DNA of 64,000 nucleotides from Candidatus Tectimicrobiota bacterium (GCA_016192455.1 JACPUC010000019.1:248001-312000); one strand, 5' to 3'; positions 48,162 through 59,985 are shown, numbered from the stretch's first letter. Program-made: numbers and translations. The notes: generated from the letters alone by a model not told the origin.

Positions 48162-49034
48162 GTGGCGGAGCCAGACGCCATGGGAGTGCTGACGACACGG
48201 CAGGTAGTGAAGCGCTTCGCGGGGCTGGTCGCCGTCGACCACGTCGATCTCGAGGTGCAGGAGGGTGAGGTGCGCGGCATCGTCGGCCCCAACGGCGCCG
48301 GCAAAACCACCCTCTTCAACCTGATCTCCGGCTTCTATCCTGTAACGTCCGGGCGCATCGAGTTTCTCGGCAAGGATATTACCACCACCTCGGCCCACCG
48401 ACGGGCCGGCCTCGGCATCGGCCGGACCTTCCAGGCAACGCAGCTCTTCTCAGAGATGACCGTGCTCGAGAACGTGGCGACTGGGCGTCATACCAGCACC
48501 AGGAACGGCGCCTGGGCGGCCGTATTACGCAGCCGCGCCTTTCGCCGCAGCCTGCAGCGCGACCGCGAGCTGGCTGAGGAGATCATTGACTTCGTGGGAT
48601 TGCGCGGCACCGGAAGCCTGCTGGCGAGCAGCCTGCCCTATGGCCAGCAGCGCCTGGTGGAGATCGCCCGCGCCATCGTGAACCAACCGCAGCTCCTCCT
48701 CCTCGACGAGCCGGCCGCGGGCATGAACCTGCACGAGATCGAGGCGCTCAATGAACTGATCCGGAAGATCAACGAGACGAGGATCAACGGCACGCGCGTG
48801 ACCATCCTCGTCGTCGAACACAACATGCGCGTCATCATGAACATCTCGCACCGCATCTCGGTCCTCGATTTCGGGGAAAAGATCGCCGAGGGTCCGCCGA
48901 AGGAGATTCAGCAGAACGAGCGCGTCATCGCAGCCTATTTGGGAAGTACCACCGGCGGCAACGCCAGCTTGGGGAGCAGCACAGGTCTCGCGGCGGCGGG
49001 CGGCAGCAGCGGGGGAGGAAGGGCTGGTGCTTGA
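48162..49034 (+). CDS. livG: LivG-type ABC ATP-binding protein
   Basis: GPNGAGKTT, LPYGQQRLVEIARA and LLDEPAAG. Confidence 0.92.
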   Translation: MAEPDAMGVLTTRQVVKRFAGLVAVDHVDLEVQEGEVRGIVGPNGAGKTTLFNLISGFYPVTSGRIEFLGKDITTTSAHRRAGLGIGRTFQATQLFSEMTVLENVATGRHTSTRNGAWAAVLRSRAFRRSLQRDRELAEEIIDFVGLRGTGSLLASSLPYGQQRLVEIARAIVNQPQLLLLDEPAAGMNLHEIEALNELIRKINETRINGTRVTILVVEHNMRVIMNISHRISVLDFGEKIAEGPPKEIQQNERVIAAYLGSTTGGNASLGSSTGLAAAGGSSGGGRAGA

Positions 49035-49734
49035 GCTGCGGGGCGTCGAGGTTGGCTACGGCAGGGTGCCGGTGCTGAAGGGTATCTCCCTCGAACTCCC
49101 CGAAGGGCAGATCGTCACGCTCATTGGCTCCAACGGGGCCGGCAAAACCACCACCCTGAAGACGATCACCGGCATCCTGCGCCCGCACGCCGGCACCATC
49201 CTCTTCGATGGTCGCCCGATCAACGGCATCAGCCCCGTTGAAGCAGTCTCCCGCGGCATCGCCCTGGTGCCGGAAGGGCGGCGCATCTTCGCCTCGCTGT
49301 CCGTGCAGGAAAACCTGCGCATGGGCGCCTTCAGCCGCGCCGACCGAAAGCAGGCGTGGATGAGGCAGCTCGACGGGATGTTCGAGCTCTTTCCCCACCT
49401 CGCGCAGCGCCGGCATCAGCTCGGCGGCACCTTGAGCGGCGGCGAGCAACAGATGCTGGCCATCGCCCGCGCCCTCATGTCGAACCCCAGGCTCCTCCTC
49501 CTCGACGAGCCTTCCATGGGACTGGCCCCCCTCCTCGTAGAGCAGATATTCGCCATCATCAGGGACCTGAATCGCCGCGGCGCCACCGTGCTCCTGGTGG
49601 AGCAGAACGCCCGCATGGCCCTGTCCGTTGCAAGTGTTGGCTACGTCATGGAGATCGGCTCCATCGTCCTGCACGACACCGCCCGGCGCCTCCTTGATAA
49701 CCCCCAAGTGCAAGCGGCCTACCTTGGCATCTGA
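49027..49734 (+). CDS. livF: LivF-type ABC ATP-binding protein
   Basis: GSNGAGKTT, VPEGRRIF, LSGGEQQM and LDEPSMGLAP. Confidence 0.93.
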   Translation: MLELRGVEVGYGRVPVLKGISLELPEGQIVTLIGSNGAGKTTTLKTITGILRPHAGTILFDGRPINGISPVEAVSRGIALVPEGRRIFASLSVQENLRMGAFSRADRKQAWMRQLDGMFELFPHLAQRRHQLGGTLSGGEQQMLAIARALMSNPRLLLLDEPSMGLAPLLVEQIFAIIRDLNRRGATVLLVEQNARMALSVASVGYVMEIGSIVLHDTARRLLDNPQVQAAYLGI

Positions 49735-49805
49735 GCCGGTTCACCCGGGCGCCTGGCGGGCCGACCGGCTGCGCCATCTTCCCCTCCCTTGCTTCCCGGC
49801 GCCTT

Positions 49806-51497
49806 TCAGAGGTAGGCCTTCAGGACGTACTGCTGGATCATGCGGTGCGTGTTGAAGAACGACCCGTTGAGCGCGATGGCGTGCCGCATGATGTCGAGGT
49901 AGCGCGGCAGGTTCTGGTAGAACATCGGCATCACCACGTACTGGAGCTTATCGTAGAGCGCCGAAGCGTCCCGCTTCCTGCCGGCCTCGCTGCCATCCGA
50001 TTGCTCGCTCTCCCCGAACGACCAGCCCGTCAGCCCTTCGATGCACCCCTCGATCCACCAGCCGTCCAGCGTGCTGAGGGAGGGCACGCCGTTGAGGGCT
50101 GCCTTCATGCCGCTGGTGCCGGAAGCCTCCAACGGCGGTTGCGGATTGTTCAGCCAGACATCGGAGCCCGCCGTGATGAGCTTGCCGAACTCAATGTCGT
50201 AGTTCGGCACGAAGACCACGCGGATAACATCCTTCAGCGCCTCCTTGGCCCAGTAAATGTGCTGAATCAACTCCTTGCCGGAGGTGTCGTGGGGATGCGC
50301 CTTGCCGGCAAAGATGATCTGGAACGGACCGGCGTTGCTGGCGATGAGGCGCAAACGGTCGAGGTCGGAGAAGAAGAGGTCCGGACGCTTGTAGGCTGTC
50401 ATGCGTCGCGCGAAGCCGATGGTGAAGACGTCTGTCTCCATGCCGGCATTGGTCAGCCGGTTGACGAACTGGAGAAGGTCGCGCTTAGCGGCTTGGTGTG
50501 CTTGCCACACCTCTTCGGCCGGAATGCTCAGGGCGTAGCGGAGGCTGTAGTTCTCCTCGCGCCAGGTCGGCAGATGCTGGTCGAAGAGGCGGGCCATGGC
50601 CGGGGAAACCCAGGTGCCGGCGTGCACGCCGTTCGTGATCGAATCGATCGTGTACTTCGCAAAGAGGTACTTCGCCACCTCCGCGTGGCGTTTGGCTACC
50701 CCGTTAATGTAGTGGCTAAGGTTCAGCGCCAGGTAGGTCATGTTGAAGTTGTCATCGAAACAACAGAGTTCAAGGGTGTCAGCCACGGCGTGGCGTCCGA
50801 GCACCCGGTTCACGAGTTCGATCGGAAACCGGTCGTGTCCTGACGTCACGGGAGTGTGCGTCGTAAATACACACTGGTGCCGAACGGCATCGAGATCCTT
50901 CGGCAGAACCGTCTGCCGCTCCTCCTTTCGCAGTTCCTCGTTGAGCAGCGCCAGCGTCAGGAAGCTGGCGTGTCCCTCGTTCATATGAAAGCGTTCGATG
51001 CCTTGGTAGCCCAGCGCCCGCAGCATGCGCACGCCGCCGTACCCCAGGATAATCTCCTGGGCCAGGCGGTAACGCTGATCGCCGCCATAGAGGGTGTCGG
51101 TGAAGTTCCGATCTTCCGGCGAGTTTTCGCTCAGGTTGGTATCGAGGAAGTAGACCGGCACGACGAAGTTCTTGATGCCGCGCACGTCAAAACGCCAAGC
51201 CGCAACGTTCACCTGGCGGCCTTCGATCGTCACCGTCACGTGATTGTCCATCTTCACCAACTGGTCCTCGACCACCCATTCCGCCGCTGACTCGTTTTGC
51301 CAGCCTCTGCCGTCGAGCGCTTGGTAGAAGTAGCCCTTGCGATGCAGCAGGGTGACCCCCACCATCGGGATCGACAGGTCCGCCGCGGCCCGGATCGTAT
51401 CCCCCGCCAGGATGCCGAGACCGCCGCTGTACGTCGGAATATCCGCAAGAAGCCCAACTTCCATCGAGAAATAGGCAATACCTCTGTCGCTGTTCAT
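49806..51497 (-). CDS. glgP: Alpha-glucan phosphorylase (compact form)
   Basis: [36 protein letters not shown] and PLP motif [14 protein letters not shown]. Confidence 0.95.
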   Translation of the reverse strand: MNSDRGIAYFSMEVGLLADIPTYSGGLGILAGDTIRAAADLSIPMVGVTLLHRKGYFYQALDGRGWQNESAAEWVVEDQLVKMDNHVTVTIEGRQVNVAAWRFDVRGIKNFVVPVYFLDTNLSENSPEDRNFTDTLYGGDQRYRLAQEIILGYGGVRMLRALGYQGIERFHMNEGHASFLTLALLNEELRKEERQTVLPKDLDAVRHQCVFTTHTPVTSGHDRFPIELVNRVLGRHAVADTLELCCFDDNFNMTYLALNLSHYINGVAKRHAEVAKYLFAKYTIDSITNGVHAGTWVSPAMARLFDQHLPTWREENYSLRYALSIPAEEVWQAHQAAKRDLLQFVNRLTNAGMETDVFTIGFARRMTAYKRPDLFFSDLDRLRLIASNAGPFQIIFAGKAHPHDTSGKELIQHIYWAKEALKDVIRVVFVPNYDIEFGKLITAGSDVWLNNPQPPLEASGTSGMKAALNGVPSLSTLDGWWIEGCIEGLTGWSFGESEQSDGSEAGRKRDASALYDKLQYVVMPMFYQNLPRYLDIMRHAIALNGSFFNTHRMIQQYVLKAYL

Positions 51498-52138
51498 AAC
51501 TCGGTCCTGCTCTCTCGTCGCTTCAGTTAGTTCACCCGAAACACCGCGCGCCTCATGGCGCCCACGTCTCGTTCCGGCCGCGGGTTCTCAAGGTCATTAC
51601 AAGGACGCACCAGCACTTCGTTGCAAACGAGCGGTTCGCGCCTCGATCGTGGGGCTGCCGCGGAGGAATCCTCTCCCTTGCCGCACCCCATCCGCCTCGA
51701 CGCGGCCCCTGCCGCCCGGCGCTGACGGAATGCAGTCTATCACAAACAGGAAGGTTGCGAGACGGCAAGGCAGCCGCAGGCACCACGGAGGGGCATGGGA
51801 ACATCGCGCCGCCGGCGCCTTCGGTCGCCTCCCGCGCCCCGTACCACGTGCACCGGGGCGCATTCTCCCTTGTCCTCAGGGTTGAACATGGGAGAGAATG
51901 GGGCCGTCCCAGGGCGCGTCCCGCTCGGCTCAGCGGTGCAGGAGGCCGCGGCGCCGCGCGCGGCAGCGCTCCTGCCGCTGCGGCGCGGGCGCGGGGTTTG
52001 CCGATCGTTACAGCCAGGAGCCTGCAGGCGGACGCACTCTCTCAAGCAGGGCCGTCATCTTCCCCCGTCATGCTCCCCGGCCCAGACGCCTGGACGAGCA
52101 TGGCGAAGAGCGATAGACCGAGCGTGAGGAGAAGAGCA

Positions 52139-52960
52139 ATGATCATCCACGACTGGAACGGCGACCTCATGGTCATCTACCAGATGGATCACGGTGATCT
52201 GGCCGCCCAGTTCGAGCGGTCCTGGGGGAACACCACCTTCGCCCCAGCCGAGCCCAGCCAGGCGATGGCCCATGCCACCTCCTGGCACGACAACGGCTGG
52301 ATCGAGTACGACGCGAAGCCCCGCGTCAATCCACAGACGCGCCGCCCTTACCGGCTGCATGAGGTGCCGGCCACCGAGCACTTGGAGTTCTACAAGGCGG
52401 GCATCGGCAAGGTGATCCGTGAGGATGCGTACGCGGGCCTCCTGGTGAGCATGCACCTGACGGGCCTCTACCAGCAGCGCTACGGGCTCGACGGCGGCAT
52501 GCCGAGCTTCATCGAGCGCGCCGCCCCGGAGGCGCGGGAAAACGTGCGCGCCTTCATCGCCCAGCTCGAGCGCGAGCAGGCCGAGCTGCGCGCCCGCCTG
52601 CAGCACAACCCTGCGTATGCCGCCGCCGTGGAGGACCGCTGGCTGTGGACGAACTACCGCCTCCTGCAGGTGTTCGACCAGATCTCGCTCTTCTTCTGCT
52701 TCTTTCGTCCCGGCGCGACACGCACGATCAAGGCCGCGCCCCGCACCTACGACGGCGCGGAGGTGACCCTTCGGGTCACGGCCCTGGATGCCTCGCGCGT
52801 CGTCGTCGTCCCGTTCCCGTTCGCCCATGCCGAAACCGAGGTGACGCTGCGCGTCAAACGGCTCCCCAATCGCACCTATGCCGATGACGACGACGTGCGA
52901 GCCACGCTAAACGCGGCTCCATTCCAGGCGCTCCGATATATCCTCGCGGCCGTGGCGTGA
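52139..52960 (+). CDS. DUF3891 family protein
   Basis: Q.DH..LA, HDNGW, YAGLLVSMH and NYRLLQVFDQISLFFC. Confidence 0.75.
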   Translation: MIIHDWNGDLMVIYQMDHGDLAAQFERSWGNTTFAPAEPSQAMAHATSWHDNGWIEYDAKPRVNPQTRRPYRLHEVPATEHLEFYKAGIGKVIREDAYAGLLVSMHLTGLYQQRYGLDGGMPSFIERAAPEARENVRAFIAQLEREQAELRARLQHNPAYAAAVEDRWLWTNYRLLQVFDQISLFFCFFRPGATRTIKAAPRTYDGAEVTLRVTALDASRVVVVPFPFAHAETEVTLRVKRLPNRTYADDDDVRATLNAAPFQALRYILAAVA

Positions 52961-53145
52961 GCGCCTCCCCGGGCGTTCGAACGACAAGGGAAAGCAGGCA
53001 AGGAGCATCCCGTTCCTCGGCAGGAGACGAGGAGCAGGCGCCGGCGGCTCAGGCACAGGTTGCCCGTGCGTCTCGCACTCTCACCGCGGCCGGCGACAAT
53101 GATACCTCGAGATCTCCAACCACTCGCTGAGAGGAGCGTTCCACT

Positions 53146-54078
53146 ATGACTGTACTCGTGGTCGGCTGCGGCTCCCTGGGGGGGCTCTACGCGGCCGCGC
53201 TCACCCGCGTCGGCGAGGTGTGGGCGTTGGATGCCTCCCAGGAACACGTTGCCGCCATCAACGCCGGGGGTCTGCGCCTCCGCGGCCTCGAGGAGATGAC
53301 GGCGCCGGTGCGCGCCACGGCGGACCCCGCCTCCCTCGCCGGAGAGCGCTTCGAGCTCGTCATCGTGGCGGTGAAGTCGACCGCCACGCGCGCCGCCGTG
53401 CGGGCGGTCGCCTCCTACCTCAAGGGCGCGCCGGTTCTCTCCATCCAGAACGGTCTCGGCAATGAAGAGATCATCCGCGAGGAGGTTGAGGGACCGGTCC
53501 TGCAGGGTGTGTCGTTGCTGGCCGCGCTGCTGACCGGGCCGGGGGAGGTGAAGAAGAACCTCGATGGCCTCACCTACATCGGACCGTTCATGAGCGACAG
53601 CGGCCTTCAGGCGACGCGCGCCCAGGCGGACGAAGCCGGCGCCTTGCTGCGCGCCGCCGGCATGGAGGTGGAGGTCCGCGACGATATCCGCGACGTGGTG
53701 TGGACGAAGTTGATCATGAACTCGACGATCATGCCGATGCGCATGCTCACCCGGCTCGACAGCGTGGGCCTCGTCAGCGTCGCCCCGGTGCGCGCCCTCA
53801 TCGAGGAGATGGCGACGGAGGGCACGGCCGTGATGGCGAAGATGGGGTTGCGCCCCGTCTTCGATCCGCTCTACGTCCTGCAGCGGGCGGCCAAGGAGCG
53901 CACCTCGCCCCATGCCGGCTCGATGAGCCGCGATGTGGCCGCCGGCGTGCAGACGGAGATTGACTTCCTGACCGGCGCCATGGTCGCCGCGGGCGAGCGG
54001 CTGGGGGTGCCGATGCCGAAGTCGAAAGCGTTCTACCAAATCTTCAAGGGCTTTGAGGCTTCGTTCCTGAAAGGTTGA
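53146..54078 (+). CDS. panE: Ketopantoate reductase family protein
   Basis: GCGSLG, AVKS, SIQNGLGN, WTKLIMN and SMSRDV...TEIDFLTG motifs. Confidence 0.88.
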   Translation: MTVLVVGCGSLGGLYAAALTRVGEVWALDASQEHVAAINAGGLRLRGLEEMTAPVRATADPASLAGERFELVIVAVKSTATRAAVRAVASYLKGAPVLSIQNGLGNEEIIREEVEGPVLQGVSLLAALLTGPGEVKKNLDGLTYIGPFMSDSGLQATRAQADEAGALLRAAGMEVEVRDDIRDVVWTKLIMNSTIMPMRMLTRLDSVGLVSVAPVRALIEEMATEGTAVMAKMGLRPVFDPLYVLQRAAKERTSPHAGSMSRDVAAGVQTEIDFLTGAMVAAGERLGVPMPKSKAFYQIFKGFEASFLKG

Positions 54079-56765
54079 GGGCCCTGCCGCGCCGCGGGCG
54101 CCAGCGTTCGCCCCAGGGAGCTGCCCGGCTCTCCTGCCACGACCAGGGGCTCCCGTGTCTGCGGCCTGCGTTCCAGAACCTCCACCTGCGGCGCGGCGCG
54201 GGGAACGGTGGGGAGCAGTCGCAGGGTGCGTCCATCCGTCTCCACGACAATGGCGCCTTGCGCCGCCGTCGTGTAGAGCGGGATGCCATGCTCCGCGTAG
54301 CGGCGCACCACGCTCGGCGCTGGATGGCCATAGCGGTTGTAGAGGCCCGCCGAGACGACCGCCGCCCGCGGACGCACGACGTCGAGAAACGCCGCCGTGC
54401 TGGAGGTGCGGCTGCCATGGTGCGGCACCTTCAGGATCGTGCTGGCAAGGTCGGCGGAGGAGGCCAGCAGCCACCTCTCGGTCTCCGCTCCGATATCGCT
54501 CGTGAAGAGCACGCTCGCCCCCCCGAAGACGAGACGCAACACCAGGGAACGATGGTTCTCGTCGGAGAGGCGTCGCCTGTCATGGGGGGGCGGAGTCTCG
54601 CCGGCGCTGAGGACCGCAACATACGTCGCCTCACCGAGGGGGATGCGCATCCCCGCCCGCAGCGCCCCAAGCCGCGCGCCCGCCTGTCGGGCGGCCACTT
54701 CCAGCTCGGAGGTGTCGAAGCTGCGCGGCGCCGCCGTGTTGGTCCACACCTCCCGCACCCCATAGCGCTCGATGAGGAAGGGCAGCCCGCCGGTATGGTC
54801 GCCATCGCGGTGCGTGGCCACCGCCACGTCGAGGCGTCGAATGCCGCGCGCCCGCAGGTACGGGGCGACGATGGCGGCGCCGGCATCGTCGCCGCCCTTC
54901 CAGCGACTGCCGGCGTCGACGAGGAGGACGCGTCCATCCGGCAGCTCCGCCACGGCGGCATCCCCCTGCCCCACGTTGAGGAAGGCCACCCTGAGGAGCC
55001 CCGTCGCCCGACGCGGCAGGTAGGGCGGCAGCGCCAGCAGCAGCATGGCGGCGAGGGCTGCAACCCCGCCGCAGCGCAGCATGCGCGCCGCTCTCCCCGC
55101 GGCAACCCAAGCCGCGCTCAGCAACCCCAGGCCCAGGTACGCCAGCGCCAGAACCGCCAGCGAGGGCGTGACGACGTGGAGCACCGCCCCAGGCAGCGCT
55201 GGCGCCAGCTCGCTCACCTTCAGGAGCAGCGTGGTGCACAAGGCGCTGGCCTGCAACGGCAGCCACGCGGCGCTTGGCGAGAGGAGCCCCACCATAGCGC
55301 CCAGGAGACCGCTCGGAACGGCAAGCGAGGCCAGGGGAACCGCCAGGAGGTTGGCAGGCAAGCTCCAAGGATAGACGACGCCGAAGTGGTAGGCGAGGAT
55401 CGGCAGGGTGGCGAGCCAGGCCGCCAGCGAGACGAGGAAGGAGAGCATCAGCTTCCGGCTCCACCACCGGGGTTGCTCCAGCCCGGCCTGCCGAAACGGG
55501 TTCCGCGCCTCTCGCAGGCGCAGCAACCGCAGCGCCACGGCAATCCCCGCCACGGCCCCAAAGGAGAGCTGGAATCCCGCCTCATAAACGGAGCCTGGCA
55601 TCCACAGCAGCACCACCAGCCCGGCAAGCGCCAGGCTATGGAAGACGTAGCGCTGTCGATCCACCACATGCGCCCCGTAGAAGGCGGCTCCCATGAGGAG
55701 CGCGCGCGTGGTGGAAACTTGAAACCCGACCAGCGCGGCGTAGAAGAGCATCGGCCAGAGCGCCGCGAATGCCGCCACCCGCCGGGAGCTGACGCACCAG
55801 GCCCAGCGCCGCACCAGGCAGCCGTTCAGCAGCGCCAGGAACAGACGTACCACGCCGTAGCTGGCCACGCCGACGAAGCCGACGTGCAAGCCGGAAACGG
55901 CCAGGAGATGGGCGAGGCCGCTCTTCGTCAGGTTCTCCTCGTGGGTGCGGGTGAGCTGCCCGCGATCACTGAAAAGGATCGCCCGCATCACCCCCGCCGT
56001 CGGCCGCGCCACCTGCCAACTGAGGAGCTGCTCAATGCGTCGCCTCGCGGCTGCCAGGAACAGGCCGAGCTGCGTCCCCTGGCCGCGCTCGAGGAGGTCC
56101 ACCCGCAGCCACGAGGTGGCCCCACCCCGCACGAAGATGCCGCGTGTTCCCAGGTAGCGCTGATAGTTGAACTCGCCCGGGTTATGAGAGCGGTACGTCT
56201 TGCGCAGCATGACGCCGCGCACCACGATGCGATCGCCGTAGTGAACATACGCCCAGGTCTCGTAGACCTTGAGGAGGACGCGGCCGCTCACCGGCAGGTC
56301 GACGCTGGGGAGGTACGACTTTCCCTCGTAGACCAGGCGCTCGGCCTCGAGTGTCACCAGGACCGCCTCGCGGCGTTGCGTCGGCGGCGCGACGACGCGG
56401 CCATAGAGATCAGCGCGGGCGTCGCGGAGATGGTGCAGGAGATGCTGCCGTGAACGGGGAGCGGCGGTCCACCAGCTTCGGCTGCCGCCCAGCAGAGCCG
56501 CGCCGCTGGCGAGGAGGATGAGGAGGGCCAGCGGGCGCCGCCACGGCGGCGTGGCGCGGCGCCCCCCCAGCAGAGCCGGCAGCAGGGCGAGAGCGGGAAT
56601 GGCCAGCCACCACAGCGCCACGCCGGCCAAGAGGATTCCCGCAACCACTCCGCCCAGCACGGCCAGCATCCGCGCCAGGGGCCCTTGCAGCGCGCGTGCC
56701 ATGACCTCCCCTGGCGGCGTCGCGTTCACAGCTACCACGGCCTGCTCGGAGTCCAGCCTCACCAT
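54033..56765 (-). CDS. comEC: DNA uptake competence protein ComEC/Rec2; start uncertain
   Basis: NPGEFNY, GLAHLLAVSGLHV, GFQLSF, NVGQGDA, THRDGDH and LKVPHHGS motifs. Confidence 0.93.
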   Translation of the reverse strand: MVRLDSEQAVVAVNATPPGEVMARALQGPLARMLAVLGGVVAGILLAGVALWWLAIPALALLPALLGGRRATPPWRRPLALLILLASGAALLGGSRSWWTAAPRSRQHLLHHLRDARADLYGRVVAPPTQRREAVLVTLEAERLVYEGKSYLPSVDLPVSGRVLLKVYETWAYVHYGDRIVVRGVMLRKTYRSHNPGEFNYQRYLGTRGIFVRGGATSWLRVDLLERGQGTQLGLFLAAARRRIEQLLSWQVARPTAGVMRAILFSDRGQLTRTHEENLTKSGLAHLLAVSGLHVGFVGVASYGVVRLFLALLNGCLVRRWAWCVSSRRVAAFAALWPMLFYAALVGFQVSTTRALLMGAAFYGAHVVDRQRYVFHSLALAGLVVLLWMPGSVYEAGFQLSFGAVAGIAVALRLLRLREARNPFRQAGLEQPRWWSRKLMLSFLVSLAAWLATLPILAYHFGVVYPWSLPANLLAVPLASLAVPSGLLGAMVGLLSPSAAWLPLQASALCTTLLLKVSELAPALPGAVLHVVTPSLAVLALAYLGLGLLSAAWVAAGRAARMLRCGGVAALAAMLLLALPPYLPRRATGLLRVAFLNVGQGDAAVAELPDGRVLLVDAGSRWKGGDDAGAAIVAPYLRARGIRRLDVAVATHRDGDHTGGLPFLIERYGVREVWTNTAAPRSFDTSELEVAARQAGARLGALRAGMRIPLGEATYVAVLSAGETPPPHDRRRLSDENHRSLVLRLVFGGASVLFTSDIGAETERWLLASSADLASTILKVPHHGSRTSSTAAFLDVVRPRAAVVSAGLYNRYGHPAPSVVRRYAEHGIPLYTTAAQGAIVVETDGRTLRLLPTVPRAAPQVEVLERRPQTREPLVVAGEPGSSLGRTLAPAARQGPQPFRNEASKPLKIW

Positions 56766-56864
56766 GGATGTCCTCGGCCAGCACACCAAGAACTGGAGGG
56801 AATGCTTGACATGGTACGCAAAATGTTAAAAGCAGCAAGCGAAAAATGTTCGCTTGTCCTTTTC

Positions 56865-56894
56865 TTGACCAGCCGCCGCGCGGGGTGCTATAGT
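56865..56894 (+). promoter_or_regulatory. sigma70-type promoter with extended -10 for mtnP-hemL-ftsB
   Basis: TTGACC-N18-TATAGT, with TGn immediately before the -10. Confidence 0.55.
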
Positions 56895-57062
56895 TAAGAC
56901 CGTGATGGACGCAGCCGCGCGCCGCGAGGCTCGTGCCGCCGCCGCATGGGAGAAGGATGGAACCGCTGGCGTGCCTCCGTGCGGCACGCTGACGGTGGGA
57001 GCGAGGCGGCGGGCGCCGCGGCGATCGGCCACAGAAACAGCCACCCAGGCCAGGGCAAGGAG

Positions 57063-57944
57063 ATGCGAGGCGTGCGGGTGGGCGTACTGGGAGGGAGTGG
57101 ACTCTACGACCTGCCTGGCTTGTCGGAGACCGAGCAGGTGCCGGTGACGACGCCGTTCGGCGATCCCTCGGATGTCTACGTAAGAGGGAACCTGGGCGGG
57201 GTGGAGGTCTTCTTCCTGGCGCGTCATGGCCGCGGCCACCGCCTCATGCCGACCGAGCTGAACTACCGCGCCAACATCTACGGCTTCAAGCAGCTCGGCG
57301 TGGAGTGGGTCATCGCGGTGAGCGCCGTCGGCAGCCTGCGCGAGGACCTGGCGCCGGGACACCTCTGCATCCCCGACCAGTTTTACGATAATACCCGACA
57401 CCGCCCCCTCACCTTTTACGGCGAAGGCGTGGTGGTGCATGTCGCCATGGCTGACCCCGTCTGCCCGCACCTCTGCGACCTCCTCGCCAGCAGCGCCGAG
57501 CGGCTTGGCGCAACGGTCCGCAAGGGGGGCACCTACCTGTGCATCGAGGGGCCGCAGTTCTCCACGCGGAGCGAATCGCTCATTTACCGCCAGTGGGGCG
57601 TTGATGTCATCGGCATGACGAACATGCCCGAGGCCAAGCTGGCGCGCGAGGCCGAGATTTGCTACGCGACGCTGGCCATGGTCACGGACTACGACTGCTG
57701 GCACGAGTCGGAAGCGAGCGTGGACGTCGATCAGATCCTGCGGGTCCTGCAGCAGAACGCCATGACAGCCCAGGCGATCATCGCCGAGATGCTGCCCCGC
57801 ATCAAACCGTTGCGCACCTGCCCCTGCGCCCGCGCCTTGGAGAATGCCATCCTCACCAATCCGGCGAGCATCCCGTTCGTGCGGCGACAGCAACTCGACC
57901 TGCTGCTCGGCCCCTACCTGCGTACGCGCGAGGGAGACCGCTAG
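57063..57944 (+). CDS. mtnP: S-methyl-5'-thioadenosine phosphorylase
   Basis: [44 protein letters not shown] and TDYDCW motifs. Confidence 0.95.
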   Translation: MRGVRVGVLGGSGLYDLPGLSETEQVPVTTPFGDPSDVYVRGNLGGVEVFFLARHGRGHRLMPTELNYRANIYGFKQLGVEWVIAVSAVGSLREDLAPGHLCIPDQFYDNTRHRPLTFYGEGVVVHVAMADPVCPHLCDLLASSAERLGATVRKGGTYLCIEGPQFSTRSESLIYRQWGVDVIGMTNMPEAKLAREAEICYATLAMVTDYDCWHESEASVDVDQILRVLQQNAMTAQAIIAEMLPRIKPLRTCPCARALENAILTNPASIPFVRRQQLDLLLGPYLRTREGDR

Positions 57945-57945
57945 C

Positions 57946-59226
57946 GTGCCTTCATCTCACGAGCTCTTCGCTGAAGCCCAACGCTGCCTCGTCGGCGGCG
58001 TCAACAGTCCGGTGCGGGCCTACCGCGCCGTGGGTGGCCAGCCGCCGTTCATCGCCCGGGCCGCCGGCGCGCGCATCGAGGACGTGGAGGGGAAGAGCTA
58101 CATCGACTACGTGGGAACGTGGGGCCCGGCGATCCTCGGCCACGCCCACCCCGAGGTGGTGACGGCCATCCAGAAGGCGGCGGAGCAGGGCACGAGCTTC
58201 GGCGCCCCAACCGCTCTCGAAGTGGAGATGGCCTCCCTGCTCATCGAGGCGGTGCCCTCCATCGAGCGCGTGCGCATGGTGAACTCCGGCACCGAAGCCA
58301 CCATGGCCGCCGTACGCCTGGCCCGCGGGTTTACCGGGCGGGACAAGATCATCAAGCTTGCAGGCTGCTACCACGGGCATGCCGACAGCCTCCTCGTCAA
58401 GGCGGGTTCGGGGGTGCTTACCTTCGGCACCCCTGACAGCGCCGGCGTGCCGGCCGACGTCGCCCGCTCCACCATCATCCTGCCCTTCAACGATGCCGCC
58501 GCCGCGCGCCGCGTCTTCGAAGCCGAGGGGAGCAGCATCGCCGGCCTCATCATCGAGCCTGTCGCGGGCAACATGGGCGTGATTCCCCCCCGCGACGGCT
58601 ACCTGGCGGAGCTGCGCGAGATCACCCGCCGGCACGACGCCCTGCTCATCTTCGATGAGGTGATGACCGGGTTCCGCGTCGCCTACGGCGGGGCGCAGGA
58701 GCTTTACGGGGTGCGGCCCGACCTCACCTGCCTCGGCAAAATCATCGGCGGGGGATTGCCGGTCGGCGCCTTCGGCGGGCGGCGTGACATCATGGAGAAG
58801 CTGGCCCCGCTCGGTCCGGTGTATCAAGCGGGAACCCTGTCGGGCAACCCGCTCGCTATGACGGCGGGGATCACGACCTTGCGCCTGTTGCGCCGCGGTG
58901 GGGTCTACACGCAGCTCGAAGCCACCTCCGCGGCCCTCGCCGAGGGCTTGGCCGCGGCCGCGAAGGACGCCGGCATCCCCTGCCAGCTCACCCGGGTCGG
59001 CTCGATGCTCTGCTGCTTCTTCACGGCCGCCCCAGTGCGCAATTACGACGAGGCGCGGCAGAGCGACACAAAGAGGTTCGAGCGCTTCTTCCGCAGCATG
59101 CTCGGGTCGGGAGTCTACCTAGCACCCTCACAGTTCGAGGCCTGGTTCGTCTCCCTCGCCCACAGCATGGACGACATCGCGGCCACGGCTGCGGCGGCCC
59201 GCAAAGCGCTCAAGGGCCTGCGCTAG
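57946..59226 (+). CDS. hemL: Glutamate-1-semialdehyde 2,1-aminomutase
   Basis: [48 protein letters not shown] and APSQFEA motifs. Confidence 0.97.
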   Translation: MPSSHELFAEAQRCLVGGVNSPVRAYRAVGGQPPFIARAAGARIEDVEGKSYIDYVGTWGPAILGHAHPEVVTAIQKAAEQGTSFGAPTALEVEMASLLIEAVPSIERVRMVNSGTEATMAAVRLARGFTGRDKIIKLAGCYHGHADSLLVKAGSGVLTFGTPDSAGVPADVARSTIILPFNDAAAARRVFEAEGSSIAGLIIEPVAGNMGVIPPRDGYLAELREITRRHDALLIFDEVMTGFRVAYGGAQELYGVRPDLTCLGKIIGGGLPVGAFGGRRDIMEKLAPLGPVYQAGTLSGNPLAMTAGITTLRLLRRGGVYTQLEATSAALAEGLAAAAKDAGIPCQLTRVGSMLCCFFTAAPVRNYDEARQSDTKRFERFFRSMLGSGVYLAPSQFEAWFVSLAHSMDDIAATAAAARKALKGLR

Positions 59227-59245
59227 GTGGGAGTGCCAGATCGCC

Positions 59246-59602
59246 ATGAGAGAACGTTGGCAAGACCAAGAGAGCACGTATGGCAACGGGTCGCGGCGGC
59301 GCTGGGCCTCGCTCCTCCTCTGGATCAGCGCCGCCTTCTTCGTCGGCATGGCGGTGCTCGCCACGGTCAGCGACAACGGCTTCCTGGAGTGGCTCCATCT
59401 GCGGGCACGGTACGCCCAGCTTGAACAACTCATTCAACGCACCGAAGAGCAGAACGCCAGGCTCGCCGAAGAGATCCATGCCCTGAAGACCAACTACGCC
59501 AGCATTGAACGGTACGCGCGCGAAGAGTTGGGGTGGGTCAAGGACGGCGAGACCGTCTACCTCCTTCCGCATGGAGAACGGAATGACAGCGCTGTCCGGT
59601 AA
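59246..59602 (+). CDS. ftsB: Septum formation initiator FtsB/DivIC
   Basis: One TM helix, coiled coil, IERYAREELGWVKDGETVY. Confidence 0.85.
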   Translation: MRERWQDQESTYGNGSRRRWASLLLWISAAFFVGMAVLATVSDNGFLEWLHLRARYAQLEQLIQRTEEQNARLAEEIHALKTNYASIERYAREELGWVKDGETVYLLPHGERNDSAVR

Positions 59603-59850
59603 GCTCGCGAGCTTTCTTCTGCAAGAGGATGCCGTCGTGAGATCGCGGGCGTGATGCTGCGTTGAACGCCGGAGCTCCGCTAACCGGGGCTGGGCTGTCG
59701 GAGGTCTCGGAACAGTCCCTCCACGTGCCGCTGTGGCGGCTCACACTTCTTTGCCAGGAGTCGAAGCCGCGGCGGCGGACGGCGGCTGGCCAGCGCGGGC
59801 ATGCTGCCATAAAAAAACGCCGCGCAAGCACGCTGCGAGGCGCTTCCACC

Positions 59851-59879
59851 TTGACGCGCGAGATAGATTGCTCTAAGAT
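59851..59879 (+). promoter_or_regulatory. sigma70-type promoter of the tRNA
   Basis: TTGACG-N17-TAAGAT. Confidence 0.65.
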
Positions 59880-59902
59880 AATCTTGCAACAGAGAGGCAT
59901 GG

Positions 59903-59979
<77 letters not shown>

Positions 59980-59985
59980 ATACAA

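Noticed and set aside
56840..56852. LexA (GAAC-N4-GTTC) box
   Set aside because: The sequence is GAAA-N3-GTTC, with the wrong spacing and a mismatch.
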